Origin: an uncultured delta proteobacterium
GTDB taxonomy: Bacteria; Myxococcota_A; Polyangia; Polyangiales; Polyangiaceae
DNA: 64,000 nucleotides
Direction of reading: 5' to 3'
NCBI GenBank assembly: GCA_963716725.1
Contig: CAVQUB010000013.1
Location: 192,001 to 256,000 of the forward strand
Positions 29,723 through 38,653 of this stretch are shown piece after piece. The notes beneath the pieces were generated by a model. The model had not been told where the DNA came from. It was given only the letters and a program-made list of their open reading frames with translations, and made no database searches. The stretch's first letter is position 1, and every line of letters starts with the position of its first letter. The position numbers and the translations under genes were made by a program.

Positions 29723-30921
29723 CCACCACTGTTTGCACCGGAACGCGGCTCAACCGCCGGGCCTGGGTGCACGGAAGGACGGTCTCGAACCTCGCACAGC
29801 AGAGATTGGAGCAGCAGCAGTTGAGCGGCCTCCGGGAGGTGGGGTGCGACGCTCGGGAATGGAAGCGTGACTGCGGCCTCCTCGAGGAGCGGTGCGAGCG
29901 TCTCGGGGACGATGGCGAGCGCCGTCGGGGGCGTCGCGCCAGCCCCGGCCGCGCGTGCGGCCTCCGCCCGCGACCTCGACAGGATGAGCGTGCTTCGCGG
30001 TCCGCTCCCCCGGGGCGAGCAGACCTCGGCAAGCACGCTGCGAATGTGCGCGCTGAAGGTCGGCGTCCCATCGACGATCTCGACCGGGGAGCTCGCTGCG
30101 ACGGCGCGGCTCAACCATTCGACCGCCCGGGCGCAGGCGGCTTCGGCCGAGCGCAGTTCGTCGGGTCCGGCCAATCCCAGCTGACTCAGAGCCCGAACGA
30201 GGTGCGGCGATCGCGGCTTGCGAGCGTAAAACGTCATGAAGCTCCCGTAGAACGGCGGGGAGATCTGCGTTGTGTCGAACAGACGCTGCAAGTTCTCGGG
30301 GGTGAAGTGGCGGGTCTCGAAGAAGGGGTAGCGGGCGGACTCAATCACCAGGCCGCGGTCTCGGAGGAAGCGCCGCATGCCATCGGCGTCGAACAGGCTC
30401 ACGTGCGTAGGGTCGTGCAGCAGTCGGAAGTTGGCGCCGAATCGGCGCGCGCAGCCGCCGTCGAAATCAGGAGTACCGAGCACCAGCCAGCCCCCGGGTC
30501 GGAGCACGCGGAGCGCTTCGTCGAGCAACTCCCCCGGTTGTTCCACGTGCTCGATGACGTGGTGCATCACCACTGCGTCAAAGTGTGCGTCCGGGAACTC
30601 GGCGTCCTGGAGTGTGCCGGAATGCACCTCCGCGTGTCCCGCCGCGCAGGCTGCGGCGTACGCCGATATTTCCACTCCGTGGCGCTCCCACCGCGGCTCC
30701 AAGCCCGACAGGAAGAACCCCAACCCGCAACCGACGTCTAGCAGACGGCCGCCCGGAAGGCCGTTCACGAAGGCGAGCTCCTCGCGCACGTCGTCGAGGT
30801 GCTGGGCACGCTCGTCCGCGCGAAAGCGTTCACGACCGTCGGGGTCAACGGTGACGTGCCAGTACGCCCGCTCGTAGTCTGGAGCCTCCGCCAGCGCGCG
30901 GGTCTTGAAGTAGCGAGTCAT
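29674..30921 (-). CDS. Class I SAM-dependent methyltransferase with a degenerate C-terminal domain (possibly SIS/GmhA-like)
   Basis: LLDVGCGLG, GVEIS, HHVIEHV, LRPGGWLVLGTP motifs. Confidence 0.85.
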   Translation of the reverse strand: MTRYFKTRALAEAPDYERAYWHVTVDPDGRERFRADERAQHLDDVREELAFVNGLPGGRLLDVGCGLGFFLSGLEPRWERHGVEISAYAAACAAGHAEVHSGTLQDAEFPDAHFDAVVMHHVIEHVEQPGELLDEALRVLRPGGWLVLGTPDFDGGCARRFGANFRLLHDPTHVSLFDADGMRRFLRDRGLVIESARYPFFETRHFTPENLQRLFDTTQISPPFYGSFMTFYARKPRSPHLVRALSQLGLAGPDELRSAEAACARAVEWLSRAVAASSPVEIVDGTPTFSAHIRSVLAEVCSPRGSGPRSTLILSRSRAEAARAAGAGATPPTALAIVPETLAPLLEEAAVTLPFPSVAPHLPEAAQLLLLQSLLCEVRDRPSVHPGPAVEPRSGANSGGWSEPPGRQPADRHSH

Positions 30922-31124
30922 CGCCCCTCAGGCCACTCGACGTGAATCGGGTACCGCGTGAGCAGCCCCGGGCGCTGTCTCTCGATAGCTGCTTTCCAGC
31001 CTTGCATCACCCGGGCGTTGGCGTGCAAACACCGGACCACGGCGAACGGTGGCCGGATGGTCCGGCGGTGGGCCAGCAGCGTCAGGGCTCTGACGCTCCG
31101 GGGCCCAGGGCACTGGCACAGCAA
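30918..31124 (-). pseudogene. Possible 3' gene remnant translationally coupled to the methyltransferase
   Basis: Ends ...MQGWKAAIERQRPGLLTRYPIHVEWPEGR with an ATGA overlap onto the next gene. The upstream part looks non-coding. Confidence 0.3.
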
Positions 31125-31152
31125 CCCCGCCCGCCTGCCCAGCCCGATTCGC

Positions 31153-32394
31153 TCACCAAGAGATGCCCGGGAATGGTGGGGAGGGTCGCGCGAAGAGGAA
31201 GCCCTGCAGCAGATCGCAGCCGATGTCGATCAACGCCTCGCATTCGCGCCGCGTCTCCACGCCCTCGGCCACCACGAGCATGCCCATCTCCCTGCTGAGC
31301 GAGGTCATGCTTCGAACGACCTTCTGCTTGGTCGGGCTCTGGTCAATTCCGCGGATCAGGCTCATGTCCAGCTTGACCACGTCGGGTTCGAGCTGGGCGA
31401 AGGAGGTGAGTCCGGCGTATCCGGCGCCGAGGTCGTCGACGGCAATCCGAAAGCCCATCTCGCGAAGCCGCGCGATCTTGCCCGGCACGTCTACGATCTC
31501 GTCGAGTGCTGCGCGCTCCGTGATCTCGAGCACCACGCGATCTGCGATCCGCGAGAGCGGCGCATCTTCCGAGGTGAGCGTCGGGTCCGCGAGGTCGCGA
31601 ACATGAAGGTTCACGAAGAGCAGCCCGCAGTCGTCGGTCCCTGCCACCGGCTCCGCGGCCCGCGCCCGGATAGCCCTACCGAGCACGTCGAGGGCGTCGA
31701 GCCGCTCGGCGGCATCGAGTACCGCGCCCGGATGCGGCAGGCTGGGCTCACGGCTGCGCAGCAGTGCCTCGTGACCGAATACGATGCGTTTCCGTGGGTC
31801 GACGATGGGGTGATAGGCGATCCAAAGGGTGTCGAGCGCACGCCGAAAGCTGGCCTCGACGCCGGCGCGGTCACCTGGCCCCGCCGCCACTCCGAGGATT
31901 TCCGCGGCCCGAGCCTTCATCCTCGCCATCCGGTGGCAGTGGGCCGCGCTCTCGATGACCTCGACCAGGGAATCGTGACCCACTGGCTTGGTCAGATAGC
32001 GGAACGCCCCAAATTGCATGGCCTCTATGGCGGTCGACACGGCGGGGTCTCCCGTCATCAGCACGAAGGGGACCAGCAAGTCGGTCTCGCGCAGCCTTCG
32101 CAGCAGCTGGATGCCATCCATCCCCGGCATCGAAATGTCGCTCAGCACGACGTCGAAGCGCTCTTCCGTCATGCAGCGGGTCGCCGCTTCGCCATTGGTC
32201 ACGGCCTTGACCGCAAAGCCCTTGGATTTCAGAAGTCGGGCGAGCGACTTGACCAGCAACTCGTCGTCGTCGACGAGCAGGACGGTAGCCGGAGCCGACC
32301 GGGCAATTTCGCCAGAATCCCGCGCCGAGGGCGAGGGGTCGCTCGCGGGGACGCTGGGCGAGAGTATTTCGGCTTGGTTGCTCATGACGGCCAT
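31153..32394 (-). CDS. Response regulator c-di-GMP phosphodiesterase (REC-EAL)
   Basis: LVDDD / SDISMP REC; HEALLR, FVNL, LEITE, AVDDLGAGY, VKLD, VVAEGVET, LQGFLF. Confidence 0.94.
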   Translation of the reverse strand: MAVMSNQAEILSPSVPASDPSPSARDSGEIARSAPATVLLVDDDELLVKSLARLLKSKGFAVKAVTNGEAATRCMTEERFDVVLSDISMPGMDGIQLLRRLRETDLLVPFVLMTGDPAVSTAIEAMQFGAFRYLTKPVGHDSLVEVIESAAHCHRMARMKARAAEILGVAAGPGDRAGVEASFRRALDTLWIAYHPIVDPRKRIVFGHEALLRSREPSLPHPGAVLDAAERLDALDVLGRAIRARAAEPVAGTDDCGLLFVNLHVRDLADPTLTSEDAPLSRIADRVVLEITERAALDEIVDVPGKIARLREMGFRIAVDDLGAGYAGLTSFAQLEPDVVKLDMSLIRGIDQSPTKQKVVRSMTSLSREMGMLVVAEGVETRRECEALIDIGCDLLQGFLFARPSPPFPGISW

Positions 32395-32422
32395 GGACGG
32401 CCGTCCCGAGAATCCCTGAAGC

Positions 32423-33767
32423 TCAGTCCGGAGCGGACACGATCGCGACGTACTTTCCGATCTCTTGCTGGGCGGTCTCCGAGATTTCGGTGAACTGGAC
32501 GCCGGTGGCGTTGGAGCCTCGAACCGTGCGATTCCAGCGGGAGGTCGCCGAGACCTCGGTCATTTGCCCCGAGGCTGGCAGTGCGAATCGCACCTTCACC
32601 GACTCACCCAACGGAACGGCGCGGTCGCCAACGAACTGAAGACCGCCTTCGGACACCTCCTCGAGGCGCCCGTCTATGCGCGAGCCGTTGGCGAGCGTGA
32701 GCCGGGCGAGCGTGATGTAGGGCGCCCGCTGCTGCTTGCGTCGAGTCTGCCAGTCCACCTGCTCTCGGGGTTGGAAAGCCCCTGGGCTGTCCGCCATGGT
32801 GGCAGCGCTTGCCCCGCGTCCCAGCGCTTCCGGCGGCGCCGGGAGTCGGCCAAACAGGTCGATGTGCGGCGGGTTCGGCGCGGCCGCCAGCAGCGCGCCG
32901 ACGAGCTCATCCATGGTCGGGTAGCGGTCGGCTTTTGCGCGTGCGAGCGCCCGGGTGACGACGCGCGCAAGCTCCGGCGGCACGTCGGGTCTGGCTTCGA
33001 GCACGGGAACTGGCTCGGAGCTCGACACCTTCATGAGCACCTCCGCGTACGTGCCCTCGAAGGGGACGGTGCCGGTGAGGCACTCGTAGAGGACGACTCC
33101 GACGCCGTAGACGTCGACGCGTTCCATCGACTTCGCCCTCCGCCAACAGCGCCTCGGGCGCCATGTACTCGGGCGTGCCGAGCAACGCATGCTCGCGGGT
33201 CAACTTCCCGCCCAGGTGCTGCTCCGGGCTGTCGTCGGACATCTTGGCGATGCCAAAGTCCAGCAGGCGCATCTGTGGCTCCTCTCCAGGCGTCACGAAT
33301 AGGTTCGCGGGCTTGACGTCGCGATGAAGGATGCCAGCGGCGTGACAGCGGGCGAGCGCGCGCGCCGTCTCGATGGCGATGCGGGCGGACTCCCCGACGC
33401 TCAGCCGACCGCGAGCAGTAATCAGCCCTTCGACCGTGCGTCCCTCGAGTAGCTCGAAGACCAAGTACGGGACGCCGTCGCGTTCGCCGCCATCCCAGAG
33501 TTCGACGATGCCGGGGCCACGAACGCGCGAGAGGACGTCCATCTCACGCATCAGACGCGCGCGTTCCTGGGGACCTGCGCGCCTGGGCAGCTTCAGAGCA
33601 ACGGCGCGCCGCGTGTAGCAGTGTTCCGCCGCGTAGACGTCAGCAATACCTCCGCTGGCGAGCAGGCGCTTGATGACGTACCTGCCATCGACGCGCGAGC
33701 GTGCGTCGATGGAGAGCGGGGTGTGGGAAGAGGCACCGTTGTCGGGATCTGGCAGATTGACCTGCAT
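32423..33767 (-). CDS. Hanks-type Ser/Thr kinase with a C-terminal PilZ domain; split by a 1-bp insertion near 33124
   Basis: VALK, HRDVKPAN, DFG, GTPEYMAPE in 32907..33767. DVYGVG and PilZ (RRKQQR; EVSEGG) in 32423..33190. Removing one G from GAT-G-GAA joins them (EVDERVDVY). Confidence 0.88.
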
Positions 33768-33781
33768 GATTTCGCTGCTCC

Positions 33782-34714
33782 TCAGGGGAATACTACCGAG
33801 TCGTAAATCTTCACGTCGTCCAACGCCGCACCGGCAACCTCGAGGCTGCTCTTGCCGCGAGCGCCGATGACCAGCGTGTCGCTGGCACCCACCGGCTGCA
33901 TCGACTTCGCACCCGCACTGGCGCTCGAGTATTGTGAGACCTCGACTTGGTCGAAGTAGATCCGTACGTGCTGGTCGTTGCGGGTGAAATCCCAGGTGAC
34001 AGTCACACGAACCCAGGTCCCGAGCTTGTAAGCAACCTGGTCGGCTTTCACGTGCGTGACCTCTGTCCCACCGCCTGCGTCGTTCACGCCCACGGAGAAG
34101 GACCCGGTGTCGCCCTTAGTGACGCTGAAACGACCCGCGACGAAGAGAAAGGGATGTTCCTTGCCATCCTTCGGGGAGTGTTCTGGGAGCATCCAGAAAT
34201 CGAAGGTGCCCCGAGTCGTGTCGAGGTTCCCAAGCGCAGGGTAGGACAGGTAATGACCGGAGTCCTTGATGCGCAGCGCCGATGCGCACTTGCCACCAAT
34301 GAAGTCGCCGTTGCCGGTGCCCGGCCCAACGCCCGAGCTTGGCACCTGAATCGCGACCAATCCGTCCAAGGTCGTGTAGAGCTTGGGCGTCGCCTTGGCG
34401 GAGGGTCCGCAGGGCAGAGCGGGCGCGGCCCCTGAGCCGCCGGCCCCGGCGCTGCCGCCCAGACCGCCCAGACCGCCTTGACCGGCGAGGCCGCCGAGGC
34501 CGCCGAGGCCGGCTCCCCCGCCCGAGGTCGAACCCGCACCAGCGCTGCCAGCGGCGGCTGCGCTCCCGCCCGCGCCTCCGCCGCCCGTCACGGCCGAGCC
34601 AGCGCTGCCGCCCGTCGGGGACGTGGACTCGACCCCGAACTCATCACCGGAGCACGCGCTCGAGAGTCCGACGAGGAGCAGAAGCAGCTTGGAGTGGTGT
34701 CCGGATATCGACAT
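33782..34714 (-). CDS. Lipoprotein with a Gly-rich linker and LamG-like jellyroll domain
   Basis: Lipobox SSAC; GTFDFW, WVRVTVTWD, IYFD, ALDDVKIYD. Confidence 0.8.
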   Translation of the reverse strand: MSISGHHSKLLLLLVGLSSACSGDEFGVESTSPTGGSAGSAVTGGGGAGGSAAAAGSAGAGSTSGGGAGLGGLGGLAGQGGLGGLGGSAGAGGSGAAPALPCGPSAKATPKLYTTLDGLVAIQVPSSGVGPGTGNGDFIGGKCASALRIKDSGHYLSYPALGNLDTTRGTFDFWMLPEHSPKDGKEHPFLFVAGRFSVTKGDTGSFSVGVNDAGGGTEVTHVKADQVAYKLGTWVRVTVTWDFTRNDQHVRIYFDQVEVSQYSSASAGAKSMQPVGASDTLVIGARGKSSLEVAGAALDDVKIYDSVVFP

Positions 34715-34720
34715 GGGTCG

Positions 34721-35569
34721 TCAAATCGCTGTCGTGAGGTTCAGGCGCTGGCGGCCCACGCCGCTCTCGCGTTCAAAAGTTTCTTTCAGCCGCCGCCATT
34801 GGGCGTCGTTGACGCCGAGCGCTTCGATGTCCTCGAATTCGGGCTCGACTTCAGCGGTGATGAGATCGGAGAGCATGACCAGTCTCACGGCGTTGGACTC
34901 GGTTGCGCCGACATCGTGATGAGCAGCGCAGGCGTCGACGATCTCTGAAGGCAAATGCCAGGCCATGGCGATCTCCGCACCGGCCCGATTGTGATGCTTG
35001 CGCACCAAGCGCTCCACCTCGGCGCTCCCTGGAGCGACCGCGGGCATGCCTTCGAAGACCCGATAGATCCGCGCCTCGCCAATGTCGTGAAGCAGGCCGC
35101 ACATGTAGGCCAGTTCGAGCGGCGCCCCGAGCACCTGGGTCGCCACCCGAGCAGCGATCGCGCAGCGCACGCTGCGGTCGAAGGAGGCCCGCACTTCACC
35201 CTGAAAGCGCTTCAGCCCAACGGTCGTGTTGGCGTAAACCACCTGGAACAGCAGATCCCGAGTCCTGGCCAGTCCCAGCCGCACGATGGCCGCCTGCGTC
35301 GATCCGATCACGAACCCTCGGAAGTAGAGCGCGCTGTTGGCGACCGAGAGGAAGCGAGCAGCAATGGGCGGGTCGGTCTCGACGAGCCGCGCGAGCTCAG
35401 CCAGGTTGGCGTTTCGGTCGTTCGCGAGCCGCAGCGCCATGCCGGCAACCTGGGGCAAGACAGGCAATCCCGCGCGCCCGGTGCTCAATCGCTTCAGGAG
35501 CTCGCGCTCCAGCATTGAGCCGCCGTCCGAGTCGGGCGGCTCGATACCGGCAGCCTCGGCCTCGATCAT
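34721..35569 (-). CDS. HDOD-domain protein
   Basis: LPVLPQVA, DPPIAARFLSVANS, GLLHDIG, HNRAGAEIAMAWHLP. Confidence 0.9.
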   Translation of the reverse strand: MIEAEAAGIEPPDSDGGSMLERELLKRLSTGRAGLPVLPQVAGMALRLANDRNANLAELARLVETDPPIAARFLSVANSALYFRGFVIGSTQAAIVRLGLARTRDLLFQVVYANTTVGLKRFQGEVRASFDRSVRCAIAARVATQVLGAPLELAYMCGLLHDIGEARIYRVFEGMPAVAPGSAEVERLVRKHHNRAGAEIAMAWHLPSEIVDACAAHHDVGATESNAVRLVMLSDLITAEVEPEFEDIEALGVNDAQWRRLKETFERESGVGRQRLNLTTAI

Positions 35570-36600
35570 CGCCCGGCCTCCTCTGCGCGCGCGAGCGTCG
35601 ATGAAGGCCGCACCGACGAGTCCGTCGAAGCGAGCATCTCTTCACACTCGGGGGTGTGCATGACCACCCGGTTGCGCCCTGCGCGTTTGGCGGCGTAAAG
35701 CGCGAGATCTGCCCGGCGGAACACCGACTGGACATCCTCGGCGCTTCGCGGATCGAAGACCGCCGTGCCGATGCTCACCGTGACCCGTTTCGGACCCGGG
35801 TTGAAAGGGGGCAGCTCCTCGATGCTCCGACGGAGACGCTCTGCAACGAGCCGTGCCGACTCTGGGCCCGCGCCAGCCACGATAGCGACGAACTCCTCCC
35901 CTCCGTATCGACCCACGGCGTCGCCGGGGCGCAGGCCCGCTCGCAGCATTTCGGAGATCGCCACCAAGACCCGATCACCCACCAAATGTCCGTAGCCGTC
36001 GTTGATTTGCTTGAAGCGATCCCCATCTACGAACAGCACGCCGAAGCGTTCACGGCCGTCGACCCGCGTCCGAACTGCGCGCTCGATGGCGCGCCGATTC
36101 ATGAGACCGGTCAGGGAGTCACACTCGGCGTCGCGCCGGAGGAGGTCGCGTTCGCTGCGAACTCGGTGCAGCGCGTCGACGAGCCGCTTGACCCGCAGGT
36201 GCGCTCGAAGGCGCGCCGAGAGCTCTACGACCGCCGAGGGCTCGCGCACGAAATCGTCCGCGCCGGCCAGCAGGCTCGCGGCGATCTCGTGCTCGCTGAG
36301 CGGGACCCAGGTTACGACCACGACCGGAAGGTGACGCTTCGGATCCAGCGCCGAGAGTTCACCGCACAACTCGGTGCAGCTGGTGTACTGCTGCGCCGCA
36401 TCGAGCAAGACCAGATCTGGCTCGAATTCAGCCACCACGCGAATCAATTCGTCGGCGTCAGAGAGCTTCAGAGCCTCATAGCCGTCGCGGTCCAACACCT
36501 GCACCAGCTCGACCTGATGCGCCGCGTCGGGACTTACCACCAGAATACGGGAGGCCCGCTCCGAGATGGGCGGCGCGCTGGAAACTCGAGGTTCGAACAT
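35566..36600 (-). CDS. Diguanylate cyclase with an atypical REC domain
   Basis: DSLTGLMNRR, DGDRFK, RPGD I-site, RYGGEEF. REC lacks the acidic pair and the conserved Lys. Confidence 0.9.
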   Translation of the reverse strand: MFEPRVSSAPPISERASRILVVSPDAAHQVELVQVLDRDGYEALKLSDADELIRVVAEFEPDLVLLDAAQQYTSCTELCGELSALDPKRHLPVVVVTWVPLSEHEIAASLLAGADDFVREPSAVVELSARLRAHLRVKRLVDALHRVRSERDLLRRDAECDSLTGLMNRRAIERAVRTRVDGRERFGVLFVDGDRFKQINDGYGHLVGDRVLVAISEMLRAGLRPGDAVGRYGGEEFVAIVAGAGPESARLVAERLRRSIEELPPFNPGPKRVTVSIGTAVFDPRSAEDVQSVFRRADLALYAAKRAGRNRVVMHTPECEEMLASTDSSVRPSSTLARAEEAGR

Positions 36601-36663
36601 GAATGGTGCGGCTTGAACGATCTGCTGGCCCAGTAACGGCAGGATGAGGAAAACCCTGAGCGG

Positions 36664-38595
36664 TCAGCTCTCGCTAAGCTGAGCTTCGGGCTCGGGGGAG
36701 CCCGGCGGCGGGGTCCCCGGGGGAGGCGGAGGCTCCGTGGGAGCGGCGCCAAGCCCGCCCATTTCCTGGGTTCGGCCGACCCTGCAGCGATTCCGAGCGG
36801 AGGGCCGGCTGCACTGCGCGCCGCCCCGCAACGGAGAGTTCTCGGGCTCAATGAATCGGGGAAGCTCGGGCGCGGAGGCTCCAGCGGCGGCGGCGTCATC
36901 GGCAAGGGGTGGTCGTTCGAGCGCCGTCGGCGGCGGCTCGCTCGGGTACCACGCGGTCTCGGCGGGCGGCGGTTCGCTGGGCTTCATCACAATCACCGGA
37001 TCGGGCGGCACACTGATCGATCTCTCGACAGCGCCGGTCGGGAGTTGGGTCGGCAGCAGCGCATCTGGATGCCCGCCGATGAACTCGAGATTGGGCAACG
37101 GCGCCTGTTTCGGCAGCTCGACCTGCATGAGATCGGGTTGCGAACGCCGCTCCGCAGCGGACCGCGCCTGCTGTCGCAGGAAGCGCAGCCGGCGGCCGAC
37201 GCGCCCGAGAATCACCACCACCGCCGTGGAGAAGAGCGCGGCGAGCAGCGCAACCAAGAGGGCGGCACCGAAGCCCGAACCCGACGCGAGGACGCCGAGA
37301 CCTGCGGCCAGGGCCACCGTCCCGGCCGCTCCAACGCCGATGCCGAGGGGGAGCGGCGCATCTCGCTCCTCCGAGCGATATGCGGACACGCAGCGCGCGC
37401 ACCACTGCTCTCGTTCGTGCCAGTGCTCGGGGCAGACGTAGCCGCCACAGGCGGCGCAGGTCCACCCAAAACTGGGGCCGGCACAGCATGCGCACGCAAA
37501 CTGCTTCGGGACCTTCGACGTCGGCGCCTGCGACTTCGGTTCGACGCTGGGTCGCCGTGGCACTACTTCCGGATCCGCGTCCCGACCCCGCGAGCGGGCA
37601 TGGAAGTACAACCCTTCGAAGTCACTCCACATGGCAGCCAGCTGCGCCTCGCCAATCTCGAGGTAGCTCGCCATTTCCGTCTTCATGAGGGCCGCAATGG
37701 CGTCGCCCTTCGGAGTGGCAACGAGCGCGTGCGCGATGGCGTCCGCCAAGCGCAGCGCCTGCACCATGGCAGCCACCATACCGCCCGCTCGCAGCGCCCG
37801 AGCTGGCTGATGATGCCAGGAGACCACCCGCGGCACCGGTTCGGGGATGTGCCACGCGGACAGGACGTGGGCGCCGAGCACGCCGTGGTCGAAGCCGAAG
37901 CGCTCGCGTTCGGCGGCAGAGACCTGGTCGGGTGTGCCTTCGTGGTCGGCGAGCAGCTCTGCGTAAGTCGAGCCCTCGGTCTCGAGCAGCATCAGCTTCC
38001 CGATGTCGTGCAAGAAGCCGGACGTCGCGAGCTCGTCGCGGGGAAGTCCGAAGTGGGCCGCCAGGTATCTGCAAAGAGAGCCGACGACCGCCGCGTGCTC
38101 CACCACCCGCGACGCCACTTGTGCGCTCGATTCGAACATGTCCAGCACAGCCGCGGTGGTCGCCAGCTGGTTGAGCCGGCGAGTACCGACCAGCACGGCA
38201 GCGTGGTGGACCGAGCTGCAGCGCATGCGGAGGGCGTAGCCAGAGGAGTTGACGAGGCGCAGTAGTCGAGCCGAGAGCGCCGGATCGCCCTCCAAGACCC
38301 GAACCACGTCCGCGATCTTGCACGACGTTCCGCGCGTGAGTTCATCGAGTCGCCGGGCTGCCTCGGGAAATGGCTTGGCCCCCAGGATGCGCCCCACCCT
38401 CGCCGCCATGCTCTGAGCGACGCGCTCCTCGGCGCCCGCGTCGACTGAGCTGCCGAACCAAAGGTCTTCTTGCACAGGCACGTCGGCGGGGAAACCGGAC
38501 GAAGTGCGCGCCTGCGCTTTCGGACGTTGGGACTCCCGATACCCGGCGGGTCTTCCGCTCACCGACCTGAGCGGGCGGTTGGACACGCGTGACAT
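36664..38595 (-). CDS. HDOD-domain membrane protein with a Cys/His zinc-finger-like segment and Pro-rich tail
   Basis: DPALSARLLRLVNS, GFLHDIGK, FDHGVLG...WHIP; CACC..CAAC..CPEH..CARC; two TM helices. ATG 38595 preferred as start. Confidence 0.85.
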   Translation of the reverse strand: MSRVSNRPLRSVSGRPAGYRESQRPKAQARTSSGFPADVPVQEDLWFGSSVDAGAEERVAQSMAARVGRILGAKPFPEAARRLDELTRGTSCKIADVVRVLEGDPALSARLLRLVNSSGYALRMRCSSVHHAAVLVGTRRLNQLATTAAVLDMFESSAQVASRVVEHAAVVGSLCRYLAAHFGLPRDELATSGFLHDIGKLMLLETEGSTYAELLADHEGTPDQVSAAERERFGFDHGVLGAHVLSAWHIPEPVPRVVSWHHQPARALRAGGMVAAMVQALRLADAIAHALVATPKGDAIAALMKTEMASYLEIGEAQLAAMWSDFEGLYFHARSRGRDADPEVVPRRPSVEPKSQAPTSKVPKQFACACCAGPSFGWTCAACGGYVCPEHWHEREQWCARCVSAYRSEERDAPLPLGIGVGAAGTVALAAGLGVLASGSGFGAALLVALLAALFSTAVVVILGRVGRRLRFLRQQARSAAERRSQPDLMQVELPKQAPLPNLEFIGGHPDALLPTQLPTGAVERSISVPPDPVIVMKPSEPPPAETAWYPSEPPPTALERPPLADDAAAAGASAPELPRFIEPENSPLRGGAQCSRPSARNRCRVGRTQEMGGLGAAPTEPPPPPGTPPPGSPEPEAQLSES

Positions 38596-38606
38596 GCCTC
38601 GAGCCA

Positions 38607-38622
38607 AGCAAGTCGCGGGCCC
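38607..38622 (-). promoter_or_regulatory. Sigma-54 promoter (GGGCCCG-CGAC-TTGCT) for the HDOD gene
   Basis: GG-N10-GC; predicted +1 falls at about 38596, next to ATG 38595. Confidence 0.6.
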
Positions 38623-38623
38623 A

Positions 38624-38639
38624 AGGCGCAGCTCTTGCT
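38624..38639 (+). promoter_or_regulatory. Sigma-54 promoter (AGGCGCA-GCTC-TTGCT) for the divergent gene
   Basis: GG-N10-GC; predicted +1 at about 38650, just before TTG 38651 / ATG 38654. Confidence 0.6.
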
Positions 38640-38653
38640 TTGCACGCCGGTTG

